This document shows, one piece after another, positions 41,166 through 50,381 of a stretch of DNA of 64,000 nt (its first letter is position 1; each line of letters opens with the position of its first letter). The notes under the pieces are model-generated. The model ran no database searches. It was not told the origin of the DNA and saw only the letters and a program-made list of their open reading frames with translations. The position numbers and the translations under genes were made by a program. The stretch comes from Syntrophales bacterium (GTDB lineage Bacteria; Desulfobacterota; Syntrophia; Syntrophales; UBA2210). The stretch is from the NCBI GenBank assembly GCA_963662405.2, contig CAXXKT010000001.1:192001-256000 (forward strand), given 5' to 3'.

Positions 41166-41905
41166 CAGCCAAGGCGTGCTGCTTCTGCGGCAATATGCCC
41201 GGCTAAAGCCGTCACAAATGCTTTAAGCCCAGTCATTGATGAAAGTTGAGAAAAATCTCCAGAATCTACTGCGCTACGTTCTGCCGCGATTACAGTGGCC
41301 GTTGTATATAGCTGCTCTTGTACAAGCCGCTGACATAGTAAGTCGTATCGCTTAAGGTACGAGGCTCCCTTAAATTCCTCAAAAACTGGAAAGTGTGGCG
41401 ATGAATCCCGCACAGGACTTCTTGACTTTGCGGTATCTTCAACCATTATTAGCCAACCTACAAACGGGCGAGGTTGTTTCCCAAAAGCTCCCTCACGGTA
41501 AGCCGTCCAAAGATCGTGTGCTGTTCCGATGGCTTCTTCAGTCCGATTGTTAAAATTGTTACCAAAAGAGGGCCCTACTTGGCTTTTTAACTCAATCGCG
41601 GCAATTAGCTCTCCCTTGTACATTACTAGGAGATCCCACAATTTTGTTGGCCGGAAATACCCCGGTAGCGTCAGCATCGCCCGGTTCTGGTGTATCTCAG
41701 CACGAGCTAGCCCATTGGCCTTGATGATGTCGAGCACCAAAGCCAAGAAACCATCCATGTTCTTGCCTGCGGTCACGCCTGCACGTTCCCCCTGGTCGGC
41801 TTTTCCAGATTCAATCTGCTTCTGCTTTGCTGCTTCACGGTTGCCCCAAAATGCCTTTACGGCTTCACGGGATTTTTGTTCGTAATCAGCGAGATCAAGA
41901 GCCAT
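41165..41905 (-). CDS. Type II restriction endonuclease, PaeR7I/XhoI family
   Basis: [25 protein letters not shown] and [22 protein letters not shown] motifs. Confidence 0.9.
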   Translation of the reverse strand: MALDLADYEQKSREAVKAFWGNREAAKQKQIESGKADQGERAGVTAGKNMDGFLALVLDIIKANGLARAEIHQNRAMLTLPGYFRPTKLWDLLVMYKGELIAAIELKSQVGPSFGNNFNNRTEEAIGTAHDLWTAYREGAFGKQPRPFVGWLIMVEDTAKSRSPVRDSSPHFPVFEEFKGASYLKRYDLLCQRLVQEQLYTTATVIAAERSAVDSGDFSQLSSMTGLKAFVTALAGHIAAEAARLG

Positions 41906-43633
41906 TTATTCTCCATTGCCTCCAAGGGTAGATCGTTCTTCGTGACTCAGGCCATAAAGCTTGAACACGGCTCGGTCGCAAGCTTCTATGTCTCGCTTTA
42001 TGGCAGCATCAGCTAACTCTCGGCGCAGCAGCGCAGGCACATCTGCCCAGGGAGGAATGCGAATCCGGCGTAGGTACTGTGCTTGGAAACGCAGGAACCC
42101 CCCTCGCATCTTCGTTGAATAGGTCGCCACGAAAAGGCGAGTGACAGAGGACAACAGCACCGCCTGCAAAGCCCGCAAATCCCACTCATTAGATGTGACG
42201 TGGTATAGGTTATGATGTGGGTACAGTACCCCGCCTTCAAAGACGATATGCGCTTCGCCCTTTATGTCAGGTATCAAAAGCTTCGGCTTTGCGCCCAGCG
42301 CGGGGGTAATGCGATCAATCGTTCGATACCAGTTGACTGGAGCTTTCTTTGCACAGTGGCGTCCCGCAATCACGTCGCGGCGAGCTTCAAGGTATCGTCT
42401 CAGGCGCGGATAGGCGTCGAGGTCAACCAGACCACCCGATTCGGCAAATGGATTGATGACCCCTTGTCCTCGCCACTTAACCTCACCCGACATGATGTCT
42501 TTTGTCGTCACCAGTCGAATTTTCCGATCGGGCTCAACATCAAGTGCGTCGAAGTCCCCGATGAATGCCTCATCTGCGCCGGTGGCGACACCAATGCCGA
42601 CTTTGCATCCGGTCTCTTCGAGTGATGGGAAACACTGCTCCAGACGGCGAATGAGCGTCATCTGATCGTAAGATCCCAGCAGCCAAGGTTCAGAACCATT
42701 CGTGACACAGGCAAGTTCACGCACCCCTCCAGACTCTCCCTGCAATGAAGGAGCACGGAGCAAGTCCGCCAGTGCAGTCAGGGTTGCCCGGTCAATAACT
42801 GGACGATGCGCAATGCGAGTTACACCCGGCACTTCACGGCTGATGATCGTTATAGCAGGGTACGTAATCACGTCAGAATGGAACGCTGGGGTATCCACCA
42901 TATCGACATAGACTCTCAAGTGAAACCGTTCTGCCACCAGACTCCGAAGTGGCCCACCATATCGGTTCTTCATCCACCGATCTGTACAGATAAAACCCAG
43001 ACTTCCCTTATCCGACAAGAAAGAAAGCGAGCGCTCGATGAAGGCGATATAGATGTCTGCCCTGTCAAACATTGTCTGGTAGCGGGTTCGGTACTCTGCA
43101 AGCAAGGGCGCTGAAATAAGCTCCTGACGGACGTAGGGTGGATTGCCCACAACAAAATTAAATTCTCCTTCCAGTGGAGCGAGCAGAAAATCCCCCTGTG
43201 ACAGCCACCCGTCAACAAGAGCCGCTGCAGTTTTGGCCGCTATCCCCTCGCGTTTGAGAAGGGTTACTATCGCCGCATAGGTGCTGCGAAAAGTATCATG
43301 ATGCAACTCGACGGCCTTGATCGCGTTGCTCAGGTCGTCCAAGGCAGTGCCATTCGGCTTTGCAGCCCGCCAGGCGCGCAGCAACCGCTCGATGATCGGA
43401 AGCAGGAAATCACCACCACCAAACGATGGCTCCAAAATCCGCATTTCATGGAGCGGCTGATCTTCCGTGTAACCAACAAGATCGAGAATGAACTCAACTA
43501 CCTCGCGACGGGTAAATATCGCTCCACGTGCGTCAGTTTCTGGATTTAACGCCAACTGATCTATCGCAGCCTGCACTTTTTTTGTGATGTACTCAGGATT
43601 TGGGAAGTCGATTGTAATTTGTGATGATTGCAA
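41906..43633 (-). CDS. N6-adenine DNA methyltransferase (gamma class), partner of the REase
   Basis: [16 protein letters not shown] and VGNPPY motifs; directly abuts the REase. Confidence 0.92.
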   Translation of the reverse strand: MQSSQITIDFPNPEYITKKVQAAIDQLALNPETDARGAIFTRREVVEFILDLVGYTEDQPLHEMRILEPSFGGGDFLLPIIERLLRAWRAAKPNGTALDDLSNAIKAVELHHDTFRSTYAAIVTLLKREGIAAKTAAALVDGWLSQGDFLLAPLEGEFNFVVGNPPYVRQELISAPLLAEYRTRYQTMFDRADIYIAFIERSLSFLSDKGSLGFICTDRWMKNRYGGPLRSLVAERFHLRVYVDMVDTPAFHSDVITYPAITIISREVPGVTRIAHRPVIDRATLTALADLLRAPSLQGESGGVRELACVTNGSEPWLLGSYDQMTLIRRLEQCFPSLEETGCKVGIGVATGADEAFIGDFDALDVEPDRKIRLVTTKDIMSGEVKWRGQGVINPFAESGGLVDLDAYPRLRRYLEARRDVIAGRHCAKKAPVNWYRTIDRITPALGAKPKLLIPDIKGEAHIVFEGGVLYPHHNLYHVTSNEWDLRALQAVLLSSVTRLFVATYSTKMRGGFLRFQAQYLRRIRIPPWADVPALLRRELADAAIKRDIEACDRAVFKLYGLSHEERSTLGGNGE

Positions 43634-43671
43634 GAAGCTTCCTCTTTGCGTTGGTGTGATATAATACCGCC

Positions 43672-43890
43672 AACAATGAATATGCCCATTAGGTGTTTCC
43701 CGACCTTTCGTGCAATCCTACTTTATTTCACGAAGAATTAAAACAGAAAAATCTAATGTAAAATCAGTACCAATTGATTTTTTCGATTGGTTATTCTGCG
43801 GCAATAAAGAGTAAAATCCTAAGTTGGTAAAACATAGGAGGAATGGCAATGGCTAATAATAAATACCATTTGAAATGATGTATTGACGGA
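43672..43890 (-). repeat. Platform B left arm, copy 1 (homologous to 57685-57870)
   Basis: First 72 nt align ungapped at 53/72 identity with 57685-57756; homology begins at the AAC (GTT on the minus strand). Confidence 0.85.
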
Positions 43891-44059
43891 TCGAATCAAA
43901 TAAACGACAGTGCAGGAAGAATGGCGCAGCAAAACACGAGTTCTGCCCCTGCTGTACCAAATCTCACACGTTGCACCTTGTCCTCACCATCGAGTGCGCC
44001 GAGAGCTCACCGATTGTTTATTGAAGTCGGCATTCTGGGGGGAAGTTTCTGTGTAGCAG

Positions 44060-44429
44060 ATTTCTTTCGGTAATGCGCAGGAATCATCAAAGAAAAAAGA
44101 AATCGTGCTGTTTATTGGTGTCACTTACTACTGCTCAGAATAATTCCAGAGGAAAATCGATGAGTACTGATTGAAAGACTCACGGTAAAATCTCTTGACA
44201 ATACTTCGTCGGATAGTTAGTTAAGTAAGCGTTTTGATCTTGACGGCTTTACTTTTTTGAACTGCTGTAATAACCAAAGGGGAGATTATGGTCTGATCAT
44301 CAAAGCTCCGTTTCTTAAAAAGAGAGATGGAGCTTTTTTTATGAATGTCTCGATCGAATTTTAGGTGTTATGACGCACTTTCCCCTGTTTTTAAGATATT
44401 ATACGAGATCCATATAAACATTGTTAGAC
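44060..44429 (+). promoter_or_regulatory. Platform A copy 1: promoter, leader with Met-Val mini-ORF, terminator, attI-like core
   Basis: TTGACA at 44195; GGGGAGATT-ATGGTCTGA at 44288-44296; hairpin plus U-tract at 44302-44340; ATAAACATT-GTTAGAC at 44423. Confidence 0.8.
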
Positions 44430-44466
44430 GATACCAGTTATTCAATTCAGAGAAGGAATTTAAATA

Positions 44467-45437
44467 ATGGTCACAGTTTTTTTTCATATTCTCACCGCGA
44501 TGAAGATCTGAGGAATGAATTGGAAATTCATCTTTCAGCTCTTAAACGCCAGGGTGTTATCCAAACTTGGCATGATAGGCGAATTGAAGCCGGCAAAGAC
44601 CTTGACGATGAGATCGATTCAAATATTGAGGGTGCAAATATTATTCTTCTTCTCGTAAGCCCCTATTTTATAGCATCAGATTACTGTTATAATGTTGAAA
44701 TGCAACGCGCGATGGACCGCCATGTTAAAGGTGAAGCCAGAGTGATACCTGTCATCCTTCATCCGTGTGACTGGCAACAGACCCCTTTTGGGAAATTGCG
44801 GGCCACACCGACTGACGGCAAAGCTGTCTCAAAATACCCCAATCAGCATGATGCTTTCCTCTCTATTACCAAAGATATACGCCATGTTGCCGAAGAAATA
44901 ACCGGAGGATCAAAAAACGGAAATAATATTTTGAAACAATCACGGTATGTCAGAACAGAGGATATAGTCCCATCTCAATTTGCTGAAAAGCCAAGATCAA
45001 GCAATCTAAGAGTTCGTAGAGAATTTACCGACATTGAAAGGACAAGATTTCTTTCTGGAGCTTTGGGCTATTTTCAGAAATATTTTGAGAACTCTCTTAT
45101 AGAACTTCAGGCTCGTTCTGTTGGGATCGAAACCGAATTCAGAAAAATAGATGCAAACCACTTCATGGCTATGATTTTCAAGAAGGGTAATCTGGTTAGT
45201 CAATGCAAAATCTGGCTTGCAATGGATTCTTACTCGACAGGAGAGATCCGTTACTCTTCGTCTGTGTCTGTCAATGACAACTCTTGGAATGAATCACTTC
45301 ATGTAGAAGATGATGGCTATGTTTTGGGTCTCAAAAGTAGGGGATTTCATCATATTGGTTCCGATTCAGAAACATTATTGTCTAATGAAGGTGGCGCAGA
45401 ACTTTTTTGGAGTATGCTTTTGAATTCTTTACAATAA
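44467..45437 (+). CDS. TIR-domain protein; natural start is frameshifted at a T8 tract
   Basis: FFSYSHRDE, WHDRRI and SDYCYNVE TIR motifs; the ATG at 44467 (AAGGA RBS) is out of frame by one T; the ORF track uses TTG at 44421. Confidence 0.85.
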
Positions 45438-45454
45438 AATGTAAGGAGAAGGCA

Positions 45455-45601
45455 ATGATTAGACAACGTTTCAGATGCAGAAACTGCGGCCGTAGATTCG
45501 AAACCGAGGTATTTGAACCAGGTGAAGCTAAAGAAAAGGGTTTGCCTTCTGGTCCAGTGAGGTGCCCAGATTGTAGAAGCACTGATGTAGAAAGAATTTA
45601 G
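45455..45601 (+). CDS. Small zinc-ribbon protein (48 aa)
   Basis: CRNC...CPDC motif; AAGGAG RBS; lies inside the TIR cassette. Confidence 0.75.
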   Translation: MIRQRFRCRNCGRRFETEVFEPGEAKEKGLPSGPVRCPDCRSTDVERI

Positions 45602-45641
45602 TCTTTTGTATTTGCCAGATAGGCAATATACTGATCAACAC

Positions 45642-45713
45642 GTCTAACAAGTCGCTGGAGAATCGACGGGAACACGCTGGTGCGTTTCCCGCGTCTCAGC
45701 TCCATCGTTATAC
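45642..45713 (+). other. attC site
   Basis: GTCTAAC...GCTGGAG / CTCAGC...GTTATAC with inner GGGAAC.CGC/GCGTTTCCC stem; GTCTAAC is complementary to GTTAGAC at 44423. Confidence 0.85.
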
Positions 45714-45752
45714 AAAACAGAGGCCACATGCCAAATTCACGAACAGGAAATC

Positions 45753-48194
45753 ATGAAACTTGACGATTGGAAAGCAGAAACAAAGACGCGATTACCCACT
45801 AGCGCGGTTTATAGTGTTCTAAAAGAGAAGTGTAACAGGGACTCAGCTGGGCATCAAGTGTTGGAACTCGTTGATACCGCTACCTACTATGCATATCAAA
45901 GAACCAAAAGTATAATCCGGCATATGGGAGAGTTTACTCTCCATGATGGAGACCATCTATTCCGTGTGCTGTCGCTGCAGGAACGGTTGCTTTCCAATGG
46001 GCAATTGCGTTCGCTCAATGTTCCTGAACTCATGTTAATGATTTTGTCGGCGTTTTTTCATGATATTGGGATGGCGCCTGATGAACAAGACGTAATAGCA
46101 TGGAAAAAGATATGGGATACTACACCTCAATTTGAGAGCGGTACGGAAGAATTGGAGTATCAAAAATTTGAAAGGTTCTATTTCGCGAGGCCTGATGATC
46201 GCGATAGGGTTGAGCAATGCCTTCGCCGCGGAGATCATACTGGGGCAGACTGTGCTAAAGCTCATGTGGTTAGTGATTATATAAGGACGACACATGCGGA
46301 GCGAGCTAGGCAAATCATTAAGAAAGATTGGATGAATAAGATCGTATATCGCGATACTGACCTTACGGTTGAGTTTGCAGGGATTTGCTTCAGCCATAAC
46401 GAAGATCCACTTTCTTTGCTGGATCTTGATCCCGGTTATTTGTGTGGCCCTGATCTTTATGCAAACTTGCAACTTGTGGCCATTCTTTTAAGACTATCAG
46501 ATATTCTGGATTTCGATGCCAAAAGAACACCATCTATCCTTTTTTCTCACTTGTATGTGCGAAATCCAGTTTCCATTAGTGAATGGAACAAACATCGTTC
46601 GGTAGAGGCGTGGAGCATAACACCTGAAATTTTACAATTTCATGCAAAATGCCGTCATCCGGCTATTGAGGCGTCGATAAATGCTTTTTGTGATCTCATA
46701 GATATCGAGTTGGGTGCATGCAATAATATTGTCGCATCAATAAATAAATTCGATCGTCGTTTTTCTTCATCTGCTATTATGCTCCCCCTAAGAGTTGATC
46801 GAACCAAGGTTGAAACGGTGAAAGATATAGAAGGAAAGCCGGTTTACCTATATCGACAGACGCAGTTCAATCTAAGCAAAAAGCAAGTTATAGATTTGTT
46901 GATGGGAACGAAACTCTACGGTAATCCAGAGGTGGCTTTGAGAGAACTGATCCAGAATTCAATTGATGCTTGCCTGTTAAGGCAGGCACTAGAAGCTTCT
47001 TGGAAAACCAATTACACTCCGAGAGTAAATATTAAATATTATTCTATGGATGGGCAAGATATTCTTGAGGTAGAAGACAATGGAACCGGTATGGATCAGC
47101 ACATTATCGATGCATATTATTCAAAAGTAGGGTCTTCCTTCTATAAGTCTTCCGAGTTCTATGAGCTGAAGTCTCAGGCCAGAGCTAGTTTTACGCCAAC
47201 ATCAAGATTTGGAATTGGGATCTTATCATGTTTCATGGTCGCGGATACGCTAATTGTCGATACAAGACGTGTATATGGACCGCATGAATCAAGTAAACCG
47301 TTGAATGTTACTATCGAAGGACAGGAAAGCATTTTCTGGATTAAATCCGGCAGCCTGTCAACTCCGGGCACTACAACTAAATTATTCCTTCGAAAAACAG
47401 GAAATCCCTGGGATAGGATGGATGAAAACGAATTCATTACATCGGTGGAAGGAATTATTTCAAATCCGCCATTTGAAATAAAGATAGAGACATCTTCTCA
47501 TAGCAAGTCCAGGGATGCCTCAAGCTTTCTCCAAGTGCATGCAAATAACTTAGAAAATCGTTCATGGGAGGAACACGATAACGTTCGGAAGATATCTATC
47601 GAATTTGATGATCCCGCAAGAGGCTTTGTCGGTTCCGCTGTTGTTGCCATATTAGAGAGTCATGGCTTCCCAGTGCCTAAGTTAGAAATGACTTCTCAGA
47701 CAGTCGATATTAATGGTGAACCGTACGAACTTGGAAAGAGCATCGCTATTATTGAGAATGAAATAGAAGAGTCAGCAACAACTATTTCAATAGACGAAAA
47801 TGGAGATATTGATCAATCGAATTCATATCGTTCACTGAACAAGTCCATATCTCAGCTATCTCTGCATGGTATTGAGGTGCCTACCACATTATTTCCTGCA
47901 TCGTGGAGGATGCAAAAGAATCAGGTTAAGCTTTCATGGCCATTCCCTATAATATTGGTGGTGGATGTTTGTGGAGACGCTGATCTAGATCTCAATTCGT
48001 CGCGTACGCAGATAATAATGTCGGAAAAATGGGTCGAGTTTGAAAAACGGCTGTCATTTGAAATATGTTCGAAGCTTGCAGACTCTGTGTCTCGGGATTA
48101 CTGGGAAAAACTTAGAAATGTGTTGTTGTCAAATACGAAAAACCCAATCTTTTCTCAGAGTGTAAACGAAGTTGAAAAAAGCTACAACGTATAA
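45753..48194 (+). CDS. HD-domain (HD-CE-like) + HSP90-like HATPase protein, putative defence
   Basis: FTLHDGDH...FFHDIGM; LYGNPEVALRELIQNSIDA, DNGTGMD and SRFGIG motifs. Confidence 0.85.
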   Translation: MKLDDWKAETKTRLPTSAVYSVLKEKCNRDSAGHQVLELVDTATYYAYQRTKSIIRHMGEFTLHDGDHLFRVLSLQERLLSNGQLRSLNVPELMLMILSAFFHDIGMAPDEQDVIAWKKIWDTTPQFESGTEELEYQKFERFYFARPDDRDRVEQCLRRGDHTGADCAKAHVVSDYIRTTHAERARQIIKKDWMNKIVYRDTDLTVEFAGICFSHNEDPLSLLDLDPGYLCGPDLYANLQLVAILLRLSDILDFDAKRTPSILFSHLYVRNPVSISEWNKHRSVEAWSITPEILQFHAKCRHPAIEASINAFCDLIDIELGACNNIVASINKFDRRFSSSAIMLPLRVDRTKVETVKDIEGKPVYLYRQTQFNLSKKQVIDLLMGTKLYGNPEVALRELIQNSIDACLLRQALEASWKTNYTPRVNIKYYSMDGQDILEVEDNGTGMDQHIIDAYYSKVGSSFYKSSEFYELKSQARASFTPTSRFGIGILSCFMVADTLIVDTRRVYGPHESSKPLNVTIEGQESIFWIKSGSLSTPGTTTKLFLRKTGNPWDRMDENEFITSVEGIISNPPFEIKIETSSHSKSRDASSFLQVHANNLENRSWEEHDNVRKISIEFDDPARGFVGSAVVAILESHGFPVPKLEMTSQTVDINGEPYELGKSIAIIENEIEESATTISIDENGDIDQSNSYRSLNKSISQLSLHGIEVPTTLFPASWRMQKNQVKLSWPFPIILVVDVCGDADLDLNSSRTQIIMSEKWVEFEKRLSFEICSKLADSVSRDYWEKLRNVLLSNTKNPIFSQSVNEVEKSYNV

Positions 48195-48250
48195 CAAGGT
48201 TTTTACAGGGATCGCAAAAACCGCGCGTTTGCTGAAAAACAACGTTATGC
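48189..48250 (+). other. attC site
   Basis: GTATAAC (contains the stop codon)...GTTTTTACAG / CTGAAAAAC...GTTATGC; GTATAAC is the exact complement of GTTATAC at 45707. Confidence 0.85.
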
Positions 48251-48275
48251 GTTTTGTGCATAAGGGGAAGTTAAA

Positions 48276-50087
48276 GTGAAGCTCGAACGATTGACATTGA
48301 AGAATTTTCGTGGCTATCGCGACGAAACCCCAATTCAGTTCGATGATCTAACCGCATTCATTGGAAGAAATGACGCAGGGAAGTCCTCGGTATTGGAGGC
48401 TCTTGAGATCTTCTTCAATAGCTCCTTAATCACTTGTGAACGTGAAGATCTTTCCATCGAGGCGCAAGGACACAATATAGAAATTGCATGCATTTTTTCT
48501 GAGGTCCCAGATCAAATCGTAATTGATGCGGCGAGCCCAACAAATCTGGCAGACGAGCACCTTCTTAATGGTGACGGCAATCTGGAGATTAAGAAGATCT
48601 TCCCAGCGACTGCCGCGAAACCGAAGGAAAAGATTTATATCAGTTGTATGCATCCATCGATTGAGGGTGCTGCCGACTTGCTCGAATTAAAACGAACGGA
48701 GTTGCGAGCACGTGCAGCGGAACTTGGTGTTCCAGAGGATAGTTATAATGGCAATGTAAATGCATCAATACGTCAGGCCATACGGCAACATATAGGTCAC
48801 CTCAACCTCACTCCTGTGGAACTACTGGTCGATAAAGAGGACACGAAGAAGGTTTACGACACAATCAAGGACTATCTGCCGATCTATGCGCTGTTTCAAT
48901 CTGATCGGCAAAGTCGTGACGATGACAAGGAAGTTGCAGACCCAATGAAATTGGCTGTTCAACAGGCGTTGCATGATCTCGCACCCGAGTTGGAGCACAT
49001 CAAGACTGAGGTCCGCGCTAGGGCAATAGAAACCGCGAATCGGACACTAATCAAGCTTCGAGAAATGGTGCCAGAGTTGGCTCGTGAGCTGACTCCGGAG
49101 TTCAAAGCGGAACCTAAATTCGATTCTCAGTTCAAGTTGTTGATCAAGTCGGAAGATGACATTGCAGTGAATAAGCGCGGCAGCGGAGTTCGGCGGCTCA
49201 TCTTGCTGAACTTTTTTCGTGCGGAGGCTGAACGCAGGCAGAGTGACGCGGTAGCATCTGATGTTATTTACGCCTTCGAAGAACCTGAAACCTCACAGCA
49301 TCCAGATCATCAAGAAATGTTGATGAGAGCATTTTTGGAGCTGGCTAACGCTCCAGGTAGCCAAATTATCATTACAACTCATACCCCAGCGCTGGCAGGT
49401 TTCCTGCCCCTGGAAAGCCTACGTTTCATTGAGCGTGAGGGGCATAGCCGAACCGTTGAGTCAGGGAACGATGATGTATTTCAGAAGGTCGCAGACACGT
49501 TGGGCATCCTTCCCGACCCAATTCCCAAAAATGCAACGGCCATCCTCCTCGTTGAAGGCAAGAGTGACATTTCATTCGTTCACCATACTGCGGAGCAATT
49601 GAAGGACGGCGGCCATCTGGACGCAACATTTGAAGACCGCAGATTTGCAATCGTACCAATAGGTGGGTGCGGTAATATCAAGCATTGGCGAACCCTTCAA
49701 CTGGCGAATCAATTTGGCGTGCCCTATTGTGTACTCCTTGACTCGGACCTCGGTACTCCCGAAGAGGCTGAGAACAGGCGAAAAGTCGCGGAACTGAAAG
49801 CCGACGGTATCAAAGCGTACCTCACGCGGAAACGCGAGCCAGAAAACTATATTCATCTCGATTGTCTCAATCTTCCAGCAAGCAGCACATTCACCATTAG
49901 TGATACGGACGACGCCAAAGTAAAAATAGGCCATGAGAAAGGGACTCGAAGGGCCACCGTCCTGGAAGATTATTGGGTGTTGATGACCTGCGAGCAAATT
50001 CGGGAGGTTGAAAAGTATGCTGACGGAGACACTGAAAAGTTCGAATTCACAGAGATGTTTCGGGACTTTTTGTCGCTTACCAATTGA
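48276..50087 (+). CDS. OLD-family ATP-dependent nuclease (ABC ATPase + TOPRIM)
   Basis: GRNDAGKS, RGSG, FEEPE..HP and THTP motifs; TOPRIM LVEGKSD and LDSD. Confidence 0.88.
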   Translation: MKLERLTLKNFRGYRDETPIQFDDLTAFIGRNDAGKSSVLEALEIFFNSSLITCEREDLSIEAQGHNIEIACIFSEVPDQIVIDAASPTNLADEHLLNGDGNLEIKKIFPATAAKPKEKIYISCMHPSIEGAADLLELKRTELRARAAELGVPEDSYNGNVNASIRQAIRQHIGHLNLTPVELLVDKEDTKKVYDTIKDYLPIYALFQSDRQSRDDDKEVADPMKLAVQQALHDLAPELEHIKTEVRARAIETANRTLIKLREMVPELARELTPEFKAEPKFDSQFKLLIKSEDDIAVNKRGSGVRRLILLNFFRAEAERRQSDAVASDVIYAFEEPETSQHPDHQEMLMRAFLELANAPGSQIIITTHTPALAGFLPLESLRFIEREGHSRTVESGNDDVFQKVADTLGILPDPIPKNATAILLVEGKSDISFVHHTAEQLKDGGHLDATFEDRRFAIVPIGGCGNIKHWRTLQLANQFGVPYCVLLDSDLGTPEEAENRRKVAELKADGIKAYLTRKREPENYIHLDCLNLPASSTFTISDTDDAKVKIGHEKGTRRATVLEDYWVLMTCEQIREVEKYADGDTEKFEFTEMFRDFLSLTN

Positions 50088-50090
50088 AAC

Positions 50091-50152
50091 ACATAACATC
50101 TTGCAGATAAGGACGTGCAAAACTCCCCGCGCCTCATAGCATTGCGTTAATG
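50091..50152 (+). other. attC site (partly degenerate)
   Basis: ACATAAC just after the stop codon...GTTAATG; 62 bp; ACATAAC is near-complementary to GTTATGC at 48244. Confidence 0.65.
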
Positions 50153-50154
50153 AT

Positions 50155-50363
50155 TACTGAAAGTCTCACGGGGGAAATTTCTTGACATGACGCTACTATA
50201 CAGCTAGTAGTTTAGAAGCTTCATCGGTCTTGACCGCTTTATATAGGTTTTTGAACAGCTGTAACCGGAGGGGATTATGGTCTGATCATCAAAGCCCTGT
50301 TTCTCAAAATGAGAGATAGGGCTTTTTGTTTTGTGTGAACGCCCTAGAATAATACTGTTAACA
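50155..50363 (+). promoter_or_regulatory. Platform A copy 2
   Basis: TTGACA at 50182; GGAGGGGATT-ATGGTCTGA at 50277-50285; AAAGCCCTGTTTCTC/GAGAGATAGGGCTTTTT terminator; AATAATACT-GTTAACA at 50357. Confidence 0.8.
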
Positions 50364-50381
50364 GTAGAAAACGGGTGACAT

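Noticed and set aside
43640..44420. Integron integrase gene between the divergent platforms
   Set aside because: There is no ORF of 60 aa or more and no tyrosine-recombinase motif I could recognise. A highly decayed remnant cannot be excluded without tblastn.
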